A stretch of 64,000 bases of DNA from Candidatus Heimdallarchaeum aukensis (GTDB lineage Archaea; Asgardarchaeota; Heimdallarchaeia; Heimdallarchaeales; Heimdallarchaeaceae): NCBI GenBank assembly GCA_021513695.1, contig CP084166.1, positions 896,001 through 960,000 of the forward strand. The letters run 5' to 3'. Position 1 is the stretch's first letter, and each line of letters begins with the position of its first letter. A model generated the notes under the pieces. That model saw nothing but the letters and a program-made list of their open reading frames with translations. It was not told the origin of the DNA and made no database searches. The position numbers were made by a program, and so were the translations under genes. This document shows, one piece after another, positions 1 through 10,585 of this stretch.

Positions 1-25
1 TCTTTCTTACATCTTTTTTTCATTC

Positions 26-1324
26 ATGCAATATACACTTCAAGTTAATTGGACTTTATTCTCAAAGATATACTTTATATTCTTAATGATACTTGTTTTA
101 AAGTCTCTAAACATTATCGTAAGAATTGTATATAAAAGAAATAAAAGAAAGTTATTAAATGATAATAATAAATTAACATACGAAAAACATTATTTTCGTG
201 TATTATCTTATTCAATACTAATTTTTTCATTAACTTGGATACAAGAATTTCATTTAAGCAGACAAAGCTTTTCTTTTTTATTTTTTTTAGCCTTTATAAT
301 AATAATATTTACTACAAGAAGTGTAATCAAATATTTTTTAGTTTTCATAATACTTATTATAACATGTCTGTCTCATTTTGTTACACCAATTATAATCTGT
401 ACAATTTTTATTATTAATGAAATTGTAGAACAATGGAAAAAATATCAGAATAAAGCAATTATAAAAAACTTATTAAGCAAAAAAAAGCATTTGTATTTTT
501 TCACATTAATTTTTATATTGTTAATTTTTTCAGTATCTATTAGTTTTCATTTAATTAGTTTAAGAAATATATATAATAGTTTTTTAAATGCATTTATTGG
601 AACTCAGCCTAGTACAGGTCATTTTATTGTCATCTCTGTGCGAATATTAGTGATTATAGTACAAATATCAATTTTTTTATACTCAATATTAAAGAAAGAA
701 AAAAGTAGCGATAAGATTTTTATAGTAAAGTTTGTTATAATTTCACTAATCTCAATCCTTGGGCCACTTGGTTACTCATTAATATTCGTAGGAGGATATG
801 TAATTTCTAGGTTCTTATTATTTATGTCTGTTTTTGTTTCTTCATCTATTGCGTATATACGAGTAAGTAAGAAAATAAATGTGATATTGCTTATATTTTT
901 ATCAATTTCTACTATTATAGCACCCATAGCAAAATATGGTTCCGATTCTACTGAGATGATGTCAACTAAGGAAGAAGAGATATATGCGCTATTTATTAAC
1001 AAATACGAAAATGTTACTATTCATTGTTTTACTCCTTCAAAGATTTTTATCTCATATCTTTCAGCGCTTAAAAACAAATCAACTTATTATCAGATTTACG
1101 ACATAAAATTGCAGAATAAAGAAAGTTTTAATCCAAAGTTATTATTAAATTTTAGTTTATTTATAAACGACTTTATCTGTTTTTCTATTTCAGACTATCA
1201 TTTTATTGATATTAGGTACGGTTGGGGACAAGAATATTTGAATATATGGAAAATATATAATGAAACAAACTATTACATTATGGGGAATGAATATATTTCT
1301 TTTTATTTTATTGATAAAATATAA
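26..1324 (+). CDS. Polytopic integral membrane protein, possibly an O-antigen/oligosaccharide polymerase (Wzy-like) of the glycan locus
   Basis: 432-aa ORF, extremely hydrophobic with many predicted TM segments, located next to a flippase-like gene. No specific motif recognised. Confidence 0.3.
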   Translation: MQYTLQVNWTLFSKIYFIFLMILVLKSLNIIVRIVYKRNKRKLLNDNNKLTYEKHYFRVLSYSILIFSLTWIQEFHLSRQSFSFLFFLAFIIIIFTTRSVIKYFLVFIILIITCLSHFVTPIIICTIFIINEIVEQWKKYQNKAIIKNLLSKKKHLYFFTLIFILLIFSVSISFHLISLRNIYNSFLNAFIGTQPSTGHFIVISVRILVIIVQISIFLYSILKKEKSSDKIFIVKFVIISLISILGPLGYSLIFVGGYVISRFLLFMSVFVSSSIAYIRVSKKINVILLIFLSISTIIAPIAKYGSDSTEMMSTKEEEIYALFINKYENVTIHCFTPSKIFISYLSALKNKSTYYQIYDIKLQNKESFNPKLLLNFSLFINDFICFSISDYHFIDIRYGWGQEYLNIWKIYNETNYYIMGNEYISFYFIDKI

Positions 1325-1427
1325 CATAAACAAAGTGTTTATTGGTTTAATTTCATATAATTTAGCCTTAGTTAATAACTTTCATCAACCCCCCAGATAT
1401 TAATTAAAGTAGATTCATATATCAAAT

Positions 1428-2687
1428 TTAATTAGATAGATCAGATTCTCTGTTTTTAAGACATATTAAGATCACCGCTAAAAATTCTACAATATTTGCA
1501 ATCAAAATAGAATATCCAACAGCTAAATAACCAATATATATCACGCCTATAATCATCGTTGGAATACAAGTAATTGCATATATTAAATGAAGCTTAAATG
1601 CATATTTTGATTCTCCTTTAGAATTCTTATACATTATAAAGACAAAATTGAACACGGAGAAAAAAATACCTAAAGAAAGCAACATTAAGAGTTTAAAACT
1701 ATATACAGAATAATTTACGCCAAAAAAGTTTAAAAAAAAGTCGCCAAAAATAAAAATTATTATAATTCCAATCACAACGAGTATTAATGCAAAAAATAAT
1801 GTTTCTAAAGCATTCCTTTTACTTGAATCATGTGAAACATGCGCAAGCATAGTTTGCGAAATAATTTTAGGAATCATTGCAATTATAGCGCTAAAAGTCC
1901 CTGCAATAAAGAGATAAGCTGAATATTCAACTCCGACTATTTTTGCAACGATTGTAGGTGCCAATAATCCGGGTACCCTATAAAAAATGGTGGCAAAATA
2001 ATTATCAAACGAAAAATTAAATGTGTCTTTCAGTAAACGAATATTCACTCTACTAGTAATAAAAGCACTAAAAAGGAATTTAAAATTAACGAAAAATAGA
2101 GATAAAACTAGAATCGTGATACCTATAGCTACTCCCCAACTAAGGAGAAGACCAAATACATCTATATCTTTAGTGATAAAAATAAGACCAATTTTTAATG
2201 ATGAAGCTAACGATGCAGAAATCAGGCTATACTTACTTTTATTTGATGCCAAGAAGTACGAATCATAGAAAACATAAGTTACTTGGAAAATGGAAGTAAT
2301 TACAAAAAACAATATTATGGAAAAAGGCAAGTAATATAATAGTTCTTTCATAGTAAGTAAAAGTATTATAATTACTACTGTACTTGTTACTGTGCTGTTA
2401 CATAATAGTAATTTCAAATAGGTTCCAAATAATTCTTCTATTTTATATTGTTCTTTAAATTTAAGTATCGAGATATTTAATCCAATCATAGAAATTAATG
2501 TTATTAGATTAATATTTGATACTAAAGTTGAATTTATACCAATAATATTAGGTGGATATATCCTTGAACCTATTAGCCAAAATATAAAACCTGAAATCGA
2601 ATTTATTGCGAATGAAAGCATTTGATAAATACTATTTTGATATAACGGTTGTTTAATGAAATCTTTCATTGATTTTCTTAATGTCAC
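1428..2687 (-). CDS. Polysaccharide biosynthesis protein / oligosaccharide flippase (MOP superfamily, Wzx-like)
   Basis: 419-aa ORF with about 12 hydrophobic segments; size and topology typical of Wzx/MATE-like flippases; sits in a sugar-modification gene cluster. Confidence 0.5.
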   Translation of the reverse strand: MTLRKSMKDFIKQPLYQNSIYQMLSFAINSISGFIFWLIGSRIYPPNIIGINSTLVSNINLITLISMIGLNISILKFKEQYKIEELFGTYLKLLLCNSTVTSTVVIIILLLTMKELLYYLPFSIILFFVITSIFQVTYVFYDSYFLASNKSKYSLISASLASSLKIGLIFITKDIDVFGLLLSWGVAIGITILVLSLFFVNFKFLFSAFITSRVNIRLLKDTFNFSFDNYFATIFYRVPGLLAPTIVAKIVGVEYSAYLFIAGTFSAIIAMIPKIISQTMLAHVSHDSSKRNALETLFFALILVVIGIIIIFIFGDFFLNFFGVNYSVYSFKLLMLLSLGIFFSVFNFVFIMYKNSKGESKYAFKLHLIYAITCIPTMIIGVIYIGYLAVGYSILIANIVEFLAVILICLKNRESDLSN

Positions 2688-2739
2688 AAGTATTTAGCAA
2701 AAAAGTTTTTTTATATATTTATTGATATTGTTAACTCAA

Positions 2740-3610
2740 CAGATACAAGTTACACTCACGGAGAGATAAAGAGTCAAGAAGACATTCATAAATCTTTTAT
2801 TTTACCAAGGGTAAAGAGACTATGCCTTTAAGGGGACAGGATGTTGTAATAATCACAAAAACGTTGAAGGACAGTGTTACTTACACTAAGTGAGATCTAT
2901 ACGGTTCATCTCTTGGACAATAACTCCAAGGAGATGTTCAACTCTTCAATAAGTTTCAAGGTGATGGATCTGTGAGCTGATGCAGCCGATAACATGGGTT
3001 TGACACCGTTTATCACCATTAGAAGAAGGTACTCGTTTCTCTTTGTATTGTGTGAAAGAGTACTCCATCGTTGGTTAGAATCTGTTGAGGAAGAGCATAG
3101 TTTTGCATAGCTTGATCTAAAAATTGGGACATATCTAAAGTTTTAACTGTGTGAGAATAGAATTTTGTTGCTACATATATCGAACCGTAGGTGATTACTA
3201 ATTACACTCACGAAGTAGAGGTGTTGGCCTTATTCTTCTACCCGAAGGGCGCTCTAATAGATATTCGTCAAAAGTCGTTAGGTTTAGTTTTCTCGAATCT
3301 TTTTGTTCTCTTGTAAAATTAGCTGTTTTTCTCTATTTCTTTTCACTCTTTTTTTATAGTACTTTATTTATTATAAATGCCCCTCCTGTCTTAAGAATAA
3401 GCAATCTTGACTATATTAACTTTATATTTGCTCCTACCTATGATTGTATGTCTTCTTTCTATAACTTTCTTCTTTATTCACTTATTGATGATTTTTCTAC
3501 TTACTATATATTCTCTTGCTATTTAAGCTACTCTCACCCTTACAAAACTTCTTTAACTACTCTTTTCTAAGTTTTCTAGTTTACGTTTAGGTTTCATGTT
3601 TAATTAGTCA
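2740..3610 (-). pseudogene. Heavily decayed IS481-family (integrase-core DDE) transposase remnant
   Basis: The minus strand of this ORF-free, GC-richer segment translates in pieces to MKPKRKLENLEKSS*, IAREYIVSRKIINK, ATKFYSHTVKTLDMSQFLDQAMQNYALPQQILTNDGVLF. These align to MNKPERNLEKLRK, IAHKYMVSRKFVYKWL and GAKFHPFAPRKEQIISLLEEAIKEYGYPESILTDNGALF of the 32336-33046 transposase ORFs. Multiple stops and frameshifts. Confidence 0.5.
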
Positions 3611-3740
3611 CTTGCTCTTTGTAACCCTTTCTTTTACACCATTATCAAGGCTGGTTTAGTAAACAAGGGGTTTCAATTTAAAACATACTATTTAAAAATC
3701 AAATCTAAATTATTTTAAATGCTTTACAATAGTTGTATTT

Positions 3741-4790
3741 ATGGAGAAAAAATTCAAAAAAATTGCAATAGTAGAATTCGTGAGAACTCATTATGATTTT
3801 ATAATTTCAGTTCACGAATATTTATATAAAAAAGGATATAGAGATATTAAAATTCTAACATCATCAGAAATTTGGAAAGATATAGAATATCAACTAATAA
3901 AAATTGAAAATCATATTAATCCTACAAATGTATTTACAGCAGGTAAAGTAAAAAATTATTTCTATATTCTAAAGAATAATTTTGATGTTATTTATTTTAA
4001 TAGTTTTTACTATAGTTGGAAGAATATTATTGGTTTATTATTGCTAAAAATTTTAAAAAGAGACACAGATATAATATTAACTTTACACAATATTAGACGT
4101 CATTTTGAATATAAATCCAAGTTTAAATTTGCTCCTTTGAAAAAAATACTTATAACTGTTATAGATAAAAAAATCAATAAATATATTGTGCTTAACGAAA
4201 AATTGAAAGAATTTGCATCAAAATATACTAAAAAAGAAATTCTTGTAATACCCTTTAAAATACCCCTCAAACAAGAGATACTAACTGTTTACAAATATTC
4301 TTCTAGTTTTTATAAAATAATTATACCTGGTATAATTTCAAATAAAAGAAGAAATTATGATGAGTTAATCAAAGTAATAAAAAATGTTTTAAGTAAACGA
4401 ACAGATTTTAAATTTATACTTCTAGGAAGAATCGTATCAAAAGAGTTAATAGTCCCCCTTACACGTCTCAAACAACAGTTCCCCCAAAACATACAATTTT
4501 TCAGTAGTTATATCGAACAAGAATTGTTTGAAAAATACGTAATTGAATCAGATATTATTTTAGCGCCAATTAGGAAAAATGTCGATAGCAACCCTCAAGA
4601 ACAATATGGTTTAACAAAAGCTTCTGGTATTGAATTTGATGCTTATAAATATAAAAAACCAATATTAATTCCCAGTTTCTATGAAATACAAAATGATAAT
4701 ATTGATGTTACATATTTCAATACATATGATGATCTGACAAAAATACTGTTAAAATATCCGAAAAAAGATAGCTTTTTAATGAGTGCTTAA
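3741..4790 (+). CDS. Hypothetical protein, possibly a glycosyltransferase (weak)
   Basis: 349-aa ORF embedded in the glycan locus; C-terminal region (EQYGLTKASGIEFDAYKYKKPILIP) loosely resembles the GT-B nucleotide-sugar binding segment. Confidence 0.3.
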   Translation: MEKKFKKIAIVEFVRTHYDFIISVHEYLYKKGYRDIKILTSSEIWKDIEYQLIKIENHINPTNVFTAGKVKNYFYILKNNFDVIYFNSFYYSWKNIIGLLLLKILKRDTDIILTLHNIRRHFEYKSKFKFAPLKKILITVIDKKINKYIVLNEKLKEFASKYTKKEILVIPFKIPLKQEILTVYKYSSSFYKIIIPGIISNKRRNYDELIKVIKNVLSKRTDFKFILLGRIVSKELIVPLTRLKQQFPQNIQFFSSYIEQELFEKYVIESDIILAPIRKNVDSNPQEQYGLTKASGIEFDAYKYKKPILIPSFYEIQNDNIDVTYFNTYDDLTKILLKYPKKDSFLMSA

Positions 4791-5529
4791 AGGCTTCTAA
4801 AAACTCTAAGATAATAAATAGTGCTGAGTATAGTGTCGTATGTTCAATTTATAAAGCATAGACTCAGAAAAATAGATGAACACCCACAATTACTTAAACC
4901 TTTATTTCAACCTAGATTCCTTGATACCCCTACTAACAAACAGGTCGAGAAGGAAGATTAAAACAGTGAGAACGGGCTGGATAGTAGCCTTAGCGCTGAT
5001 ATGTGCGTCTTTTTCTACGAGATAAGAACAGTATACAGAGCGGTTAAACCTTGTGAATAAGAAAATACAAAGTATAACACAACATACATTCCGCAAAAAA
5101 CATCCATCTTCAACGTTTGCACAGAGATAAAAAACTCCAAATAGTCCACACAATCACGTTAATAGTAAGAATGCTTTGCTCTTCTCCCGAAACAGTAGAA
5201 GAGGACAGGACAGGATTCAAGGTAAAAGGGGGTTGATTTAGAGTATTGCTAATGGAGTCACGCTTTACATAAAAACAAAGTCATTTTGGAAAGTCCACAA
5301 GATTATAGATTCCCCGATATTCATCCTCTCGGTTGCCCTCTCTCATTTCTACCGTTATAACCCCACACGAACAAGAGCATTTTTCAGAACCTAGAGAAAA
5401 AGACTTCTATGTAGAATTAGAAGATTTCATGCAGATAAAGCCCATCATAACAACAAACTGGGAGGGGGTTTCTCATCCAAGAGAGAATCAAATTTATTAT
5501 CGAACTAAAACGTAAACGTCGATCATGAC

Positions 5530-6400
5530 CTAATTATATAAATCACCTTTTTTTCCTTTGGGGATTGCTAATAAATAACCTTGTATCGTATCTCTAATGT
5601 CTGTGAAATCTCTAAATGGATTAGGATTACCTATAATTATTTCCTTATTTTCGCTTTTAAGAATCTTTGCAATCTGATTAAAAATTACTAAAGTTACAAA
5701 CATAATTTCTCTGTTTGGTCCAGTATTATTATATCCTCTTGTAACAACAATAGGCAATCCATACATACTATGATATTTAAGACTAAATTGTTCAGTAGCT
5801 ACCTTACTAGCTTCATATGGAGACTGTGGTCTAAGCGAATTGTTTTCATTAATAGGTATTTCGCCTAGAGATGGTAATCCATATTCTACACTACTCTCTG
5901 CAATCTGAATATCAATATCTAAATCTGAATTTCTTATTATTTCTAAAAGATTTACAGTACTTTCAATATTTGTACGTACAGCTTCAATAGGCCCCCAAAA
6001 TGAGAAAAGAACAAGACTGTGCTGGTAAGTGAAAGATATAACTTGGTTGGACTTCTTTGATAGTTATTTCTAATGATGAATAATCAATAAGATTAGCTTC
6101 CTTAAGTATAGTTTTATTAAGAAATTTATCAATTTTTGGATTTATTGGATTAGATTGTCTTCTTACAATACTATAAATTTCAACTTCTTGTTCCACAGAT
6201 AGTATTTTTTCTACTAAAGAGCTACCTACAAATCCTAATGTGCCAGTAATCAGAACCTTTTCTTGATGAAAACATGATTTGTCATACAGATCTCTTTTTT
6301 CTTTAGAAAATTTATTTTTATATTCATTAATATTGTCTGGATATATTAAGAATTTGCTTGTTTCTCATATATTTCTCAGTAAATTTTATCTTCAAAGAGC
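5530..6400 (-). pseudogene. Disrupted paralog of the NAD-dependent NDP-sugar 4,6-dehydratase/epimerase at 16601-17704 (one frameshift plus C-terminal truncation)
   Basis: Minus-strand translation gives KVLITGTLGFVGSSLVEKI...IVRRQSNPINP...EANLIDYSSLEITIKEVQPSYIFHLPAQS, then after a frameshift near 6000 ...SPYEASKVATEQFSLKYHSMYGLPIVVTRGYNNTGPNRE...IIGNPNPFRDFTDIRDTIQGYLLAIPKGKKGDLYN*. This is collinear with the intact protein but stops about 85 aa early. Confidence 0.7.
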
Positions 6401-6688
6401 ATAAATAAACTAACGCTTTCTTAGTTTTTAAATTTAATAGCAAGTATTTTAATTTAAACTCATTATTTTTTCAATTTTTTTTTAAAAAAATTTGAAGAAT
6501 AAAATGTAAGAATGAACAAACTTAAAATTAATAATTAAATTCTGCTTCATTAAAATGCATTATTTACTATTTAAATTGTAACTAAATACATAAATACATA
6601 TATACACATATTATTGAAAATAATAAGATAACTTTAACAAACAAATTTATTACAAAAAATAAGAAAAACTTCACATTGGGGGAAATTT

Positions 6689-7387
6689 ATGACAGAAGGA
6701 AAATACAATAATCTAGTTATATTAATTCCAACGCTAAATGAGGAAGATTCTATTGGTTATTTAGTGAACTCATGTAAAAAATTGACAGATAATGTAATTG
6801 TTGTTGATGGGTTATCAATTGATGATACAGTGGTAATCTCTAAGAAAGAAGGGGCAGAAGTGATTTATTGCAAGAAAAAGGGAAAAGGTAATGCTATTAT
6901 AGACGGTTTAAAATACGTATTGAAGAAACCAAATATTGAATATATCGCATATTTGGATGGAGATAGTACATATGACCCTTATGACATAAAAATTCTGTTA
7001 GACAAGATGTTAAATGAAAAAAAACTTGATGTAATAATTGGTAACAGATTACCAAAAAGAGAAAAAGGTTCTATAAAATTTATAAATATAATTGGCAATT
7101 ATTTATTTTCTTTTTTAATTAGTCTAATAAGTAGGGTAAAAATAAGTGATTCACAATCAGGTCTTCGTTTATTATCTAAAAAAGCAACTATGATATATTC
7201 AGATTGTCTAGAGTCTTCTGGTTTTGATATTGAAACTGAAATGATCATTAAAGGGTCGAGAAAAGGTATTAAATTTGGTGAAGTTCCTGTTAGCTATAGG
7301 TGTCGTGAAGGAAATTCTAAACTTAATCCTTTTAGAGATGGATTTAAGATTTTAAAAACGATTATAAAATATAGTTTTAAAAGATAG
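6689..7387 (+). CDS. Family 2 glycosyltransferase (dolichyl-phosphate hexosyltransferase-like)
   Basis: 232 aa; N-terminal LVILIPTLNEEDSIG...VIVVDGLSIDDT and DXD-type YLDGDSTYDP motifs typical of GT2 / DPM1-like enzymes. Confidence 0.7.
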   Translation: MTEGKYNNLVILIPTLNEEDSIGYLVNSCKKLTDNVIVVDGLSIDDTVVISKKEGAEVIYCKKKGKGNAIIDGLKYVLKKPNIEYIAYLDGDSTYDPYDIKILLDKMLNEKKLDVIIGNRLPKREKGSIKFINIIGNYLFSFLISLISRVKISDSQSGLRLLSKKATMIYSDCLESSGFDIETEMIIKGSRKGIKFGEVPVSYRCREGNSKLNPFRDGFKILKTIIKYSFKR

Positions 7388-7579
7388 AATTTATATTCAT
7401 CTTACACTAAACTATAGTAATCAGATTTCTTTATATAAAACTATTTTTAATCCTTCATTCTATAACATTATAAAATTCTCTCCACGTTGATGTTTTAAAT
7501 TTATAAATGATATTAAAAAACTCTTATGGTGCACTTCCAAGGTGTTACAAATACAGACATAGATTGTACTTGAAATAAT

Positions 7580-8309
7580 AGAGAATAAGACGCTTATGAT
7601 GATGGAAGAGAAGACGGTCACGCAACGAGATGAATACAAGTTTGATGAAAACAAAAATGTTTTCTACGGCAGATTTACAGGACACACAGAAGTGTTTTTA
7701 TTTACACAACCAGTGATAAGACTGTTAAAGACGTATTGAACGGTCTTGGAGATAACCTGTCTCATGGGTGGATTCGTGAAAGAAACGATAAAAATGAGTT
7801 AGCAAAAAAATACAAACATATTGATCCAAGATTTCTTTTTGTAAAAAAAAGATATAATTTAAGACCAACTGAAATACAAGGAGCATTTGGAATTCAACAA
7901 CTCAAGAAACTTGAAATATTCTTACGAACTAGAGAAGAAAATGCAAAATTTTGGATAGATAATTTGAACAAATATAGAAGCCTTATTCACATTCCAAAGA
8001 CTGAAACAAATATAAGACATGCATGGTTTGGATTTCCAATAGTTATTTATGAAAAAGCTGGATTTAAACATGATGATTTCATTAAAATATCTTGAAAACA
8101 ATAATATTGAAACTCGTCCAATTATGGCAGGAGATATAATTGAACACCCCGCTATGCACTATTATAACTGGAAACAAGTAAGAACACTAGAAAACTCTTC
8201 AAAGATAATAAAAAATGTTTTCTTCGTTGGAAATCATAGTAGCATTAAACAAAAAGAAAGAGAATACATTATGGATGTAATGAAATCATTTTTGGAAAAA
8301 AACACCTAA
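7580..8309 (+). pseudogene. C-terminal fragment of a DegT/DnrJ/EryC1 aminotransferase paralog (frameshifted, 5' part lost)
   Basis: ORFs 7736-8095 and 8049-8309 read HGWIRERNDKNELAKKY...YNLRPTEIQGAFGIQQLKKLEIFLRTREENAKFW...HAWFGFP and NNIETRPIMAGDIIEHPA in two frames. Both are collinear with the C-terminal third of the intact aminotransferase at 17730-18998. Weak similarity extends upstream to about 7580. Confidence 0.65.
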
Positions 8310-8344
8310 CTTTTTTTTAAATATTCATTAAAATCTTTTCTTTT

Positions 8345-9350
8345 AAAGCATGTCCAAAAATTAATTTTTATTAATGTGGGGGTTTATGTCGGAAGTATGA
8401 GTTTCTTTCAGATCATAGACCCCCACAAAGCAAGAGAATTCATAATCATTAATGAACCTTTCCTTAAGAAACTGGTGAAAGAGGAACCGAGAGAAAGTAA
8501 GAGAGGGAGAAAAAGAATAGCAGAAAGGTGGGTGATACTGGCTTTAGCGATCATTGCGAGAATAGAAGGAATTGCTTGGAGGAAGTTAGAGGAAAAGTTG
8601 TCTTTATGCGATTTTTTGATAGAAGAGGGGTGGATGAAGAAGATTCCTTCCAAATCTACTTTTCATGCAGTGTGGAGAGCGACAGAAAGTAAGTTGCTGG
8701 AGCGGTGGATAATAGATTTAGGTAGGGAAATAGTAAGGAAAAAAGGGTTGAAAGCTATGTCGGTGGATAGTTCAGGTTTTAAAATTCGTCAAGCTTCTGT
8801 TTGGCGTTTTCTCAAGTGGGCAAGAGGAGGACTAAAGAAAACCTCCAAACTTTTCTGGAAGATACACCTTATAGTTGGTTTACCCTCTCGAGCTATAGTC
8901 TCTCTTGCTCATTCTGCTAGTAACACTCACGATAGTAAAGTCTTCGGTTTACTATGGCAGAAACTTCCTTCTGCACTCTTGAGACCTTTCTTGAGATTCT
9001 ATGGAGACTGCGCTTACTGGACAGAAAATATCGTGGGACTTCTTAGCCAACATTCCTTTTTTCCTGTTATTCCTCCAAAAAGTAATGCTCGTTATCCCTC
9101 TCCTCCTCCTCTTGGACCAATAGTTCAAGCTCATCGTCTCTACCCTGGTCTCTATCGTCATAATCACCACCCCGAGTATCGTAGTAGTATTGAACATGTC
9201 TTTGGTCTCCTCAAACTCTCTCTTCCCCCGATTCTTGATCGCTTACCCTCCACCATCCTCTCTACCTTGTACAGTTCTCTTCTCTGTTACAACTACCTTT
9301 TACTCCTTCGGACTGTATAGTTGGTGAAAAAGAATTTTTGGACATGCTTT
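8345..9350 (+). mobile_element. IS element copy 1 (IS4/IS5-superfamily-like), intact, about 1006 bp, terminal inverted repeats AAAGCATGTCCAAAAATT
   Basis: Perfect 18-bp terminal inverted repeats at 8345-8362 and 9333-9350 enclose a single transposase ORF. A second, almost identical copy lies at 15464-16470. Confidence 0.8.
8376..9320 (+). CDS. DDE transposase (IS4/IS5-like)
   Basis: 314 aa; candidate catalytic residues in DSSGF, GDCAYW and YRSSIEHVFGLLK (R-x3-E-x6-K tail characteristic of IS4/IS5 transposases). Confidence 0.7.
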   Translation: MGVYVGSMSFFQIIDPHKAREFIIINEPFLKKLVKEEPRESKRGRKRIAERWVILALAIIARIEGIAWRKLEEKLSLCDFLIEEGWMKKIPSKSTFHAVWRATESKLLERWIIDLGREIVRKKGLKAMSVDSSGFKIRQASVWRFLKWARGGLKKTSKLFWKIHLIVGLPSRAIVSLAHSASNTHDSKVFGLLWQKLPSALLRPFLRFYGDCAYWTENIVGLLSQHSFFPVIPPKSNARYPSPPPLGPIVQAHRLYPGLYRHNHHPEYRSSIEHVFGLLKLSLPPILDRLPSTILSTLYSSLLCYNYLLLLRTV

Positions 9351-9397
9351 TTTAATAGAACATTAAATATTTATATCTATATATTATGTAACTATCA

Positions 9398-10543
9398 ATG
9401 AAAATAGCTATAATTAATCAATTTACCACACCAGAAGCTGGAGGGCACGAAATAAATTTAGCCAAACTATTACATAAAAAAGGACATGAACCTGTAATAA
9501 TAACTTCTGAATATAAGAATCCTAACCTAACCAATTATAAACTTATTAAGGCAGATGTGAAGAAGGATAAAGAACTCTGTTCTTTTAAAATTATAAGACT
9601 AAAAACTATATTTGCCTATTCAGAATTCCCAATTGTGACAGGAATGGATAAAATAATAGCTGAACTTAAACCAGACATTATTAATATTCATGAATTTTTT
9701 CAATACACTAGCTATAAAGGATACAAGTTAGCGAAAAAAAACAAAATACCTATTGTATTAACTCAACACTGTTATTACTTTCCACCCAGTTTTTTGAATA
9801 GATTAGGTATGAAAATTACAACTAAACTTTGGGGAAAAAAAATAATCAAGAATAGTGATGGACTTATAGCTATAGCTGAAAGCTCTAGTAAATTTCTAAA
9901 GGAAGTATCAAAAAATCCAAGATTGAAAGTAAACATAATACCAACGCCATTAGAATTGGATCAATTTCTTGAAATTATACCAGATTTTACTAAAAAATCA
10001 GAAAGTGATATTTTTAGAATATTATATGTTGGAAGAGTAGATGAGAGAAAAGGGATAAAATATTTGTTAGATGCTATGTCAATAGTAACAAAAAGATTCT
10101 ATAAACAAAAAATTGTTTTAGATATTGTTGGAAGAGGAGCAGATTTAAAGAAGTTTAAAAGATATGCAAGAGACAGAAATATTTGTGCAAAATTTCATGG
10201 ATTTGTTGAACATCAAAACATTTCAAAATTTTATAAAAAAGCTAATGTTTTTGTTTTACCCACAATTACAAAAGAACCATTCGGCAACGTAGCAGTTGAA
10301 GCTTTAGCGTCTGGGATCCCAGTTATTGCAAGCAAATTAGGAGGACTAGTAAATATTGTTCAAGAAGGTGCAGGATTTTTAGTTCAACCAAAAAATGCAG
10401 AAGAAATAGCTAATGCAATTACAAAGTTTTTAGATAATCCACTCTTATTAAAAAATTACAGTAAGAATGCAAAAGATCTTGGGTTCAGATTTGCAAATGA
10501 GCCTATAAATTCAATTATAGAGTTATTTCAGAATCTTATTTAA
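9398..10543 (+). CDS. Family 4 (GT-B) glycosyltransferase
   Basis: 381 aa; classic GT4 signature EPFGNVAVEALASGIPVIASKLGGLVNIV. Confidence 0.8.
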   Translation: MKIAIINQFTTPEAGGHEINLAKLLHKKGHEPVIITSEYKNPNLTNYKLIKADVKKDKELCSFKIIRLKTIFAYSEFPIVTGMDKIIAELKPDIINIHEFFQYTSYKGYKLAKKNKIPIVLTQHCYYFPPSFLNRLGMKITTKLWGKKIIKNSDGLIAIAESSSKFLKEVSKNPRLKVNIIPTPLELDQFLEIIPDFTKKSESDIFRILYVGRVDERKGIKYLLDAMSIVTKRFYKQKIVLDIVGRGADLKKFKRYARDRNICAKFHGFVEHQNISKFYKKANVFVLPTITKEPFGNVAVEALASGIPVIASKLGGLVNIVQEGAGFLVQPKNAEEIANAITKFLDNPLLLKNYSKNAKDLGFRFANEPINSIIELFQNLI

Positions 10544-10585
10544 ACATGTTTCTGAACTAAATATTGTTTAAGTAATCACAAAGAG

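Noticed and set aside
235-1002. Small ORFs 235-417 (+) and 772-1002 (-) nested in or antisense to the 26-1324 membrane protein gene
   Set aside because: Low-complexity AT-rich translations fully contained in a longer coding ORF; typical six-frame artefacts.
2023-2268. 81-aa ORF antisense to the flippase gene
   Set aside because: Entirely inside the 1428-2687 CDS on the opposite strand, no motif, no RBS.
8408-9197. 81-aa antisense ORFs inside both IS transposase genes (8408-8653, 8952-9197 and the copies at 15527-15772, 16072-16317)
   Set aside because: Embedded antisense in a well-supported transposase frame; duplicated only because the IS is duplicated.
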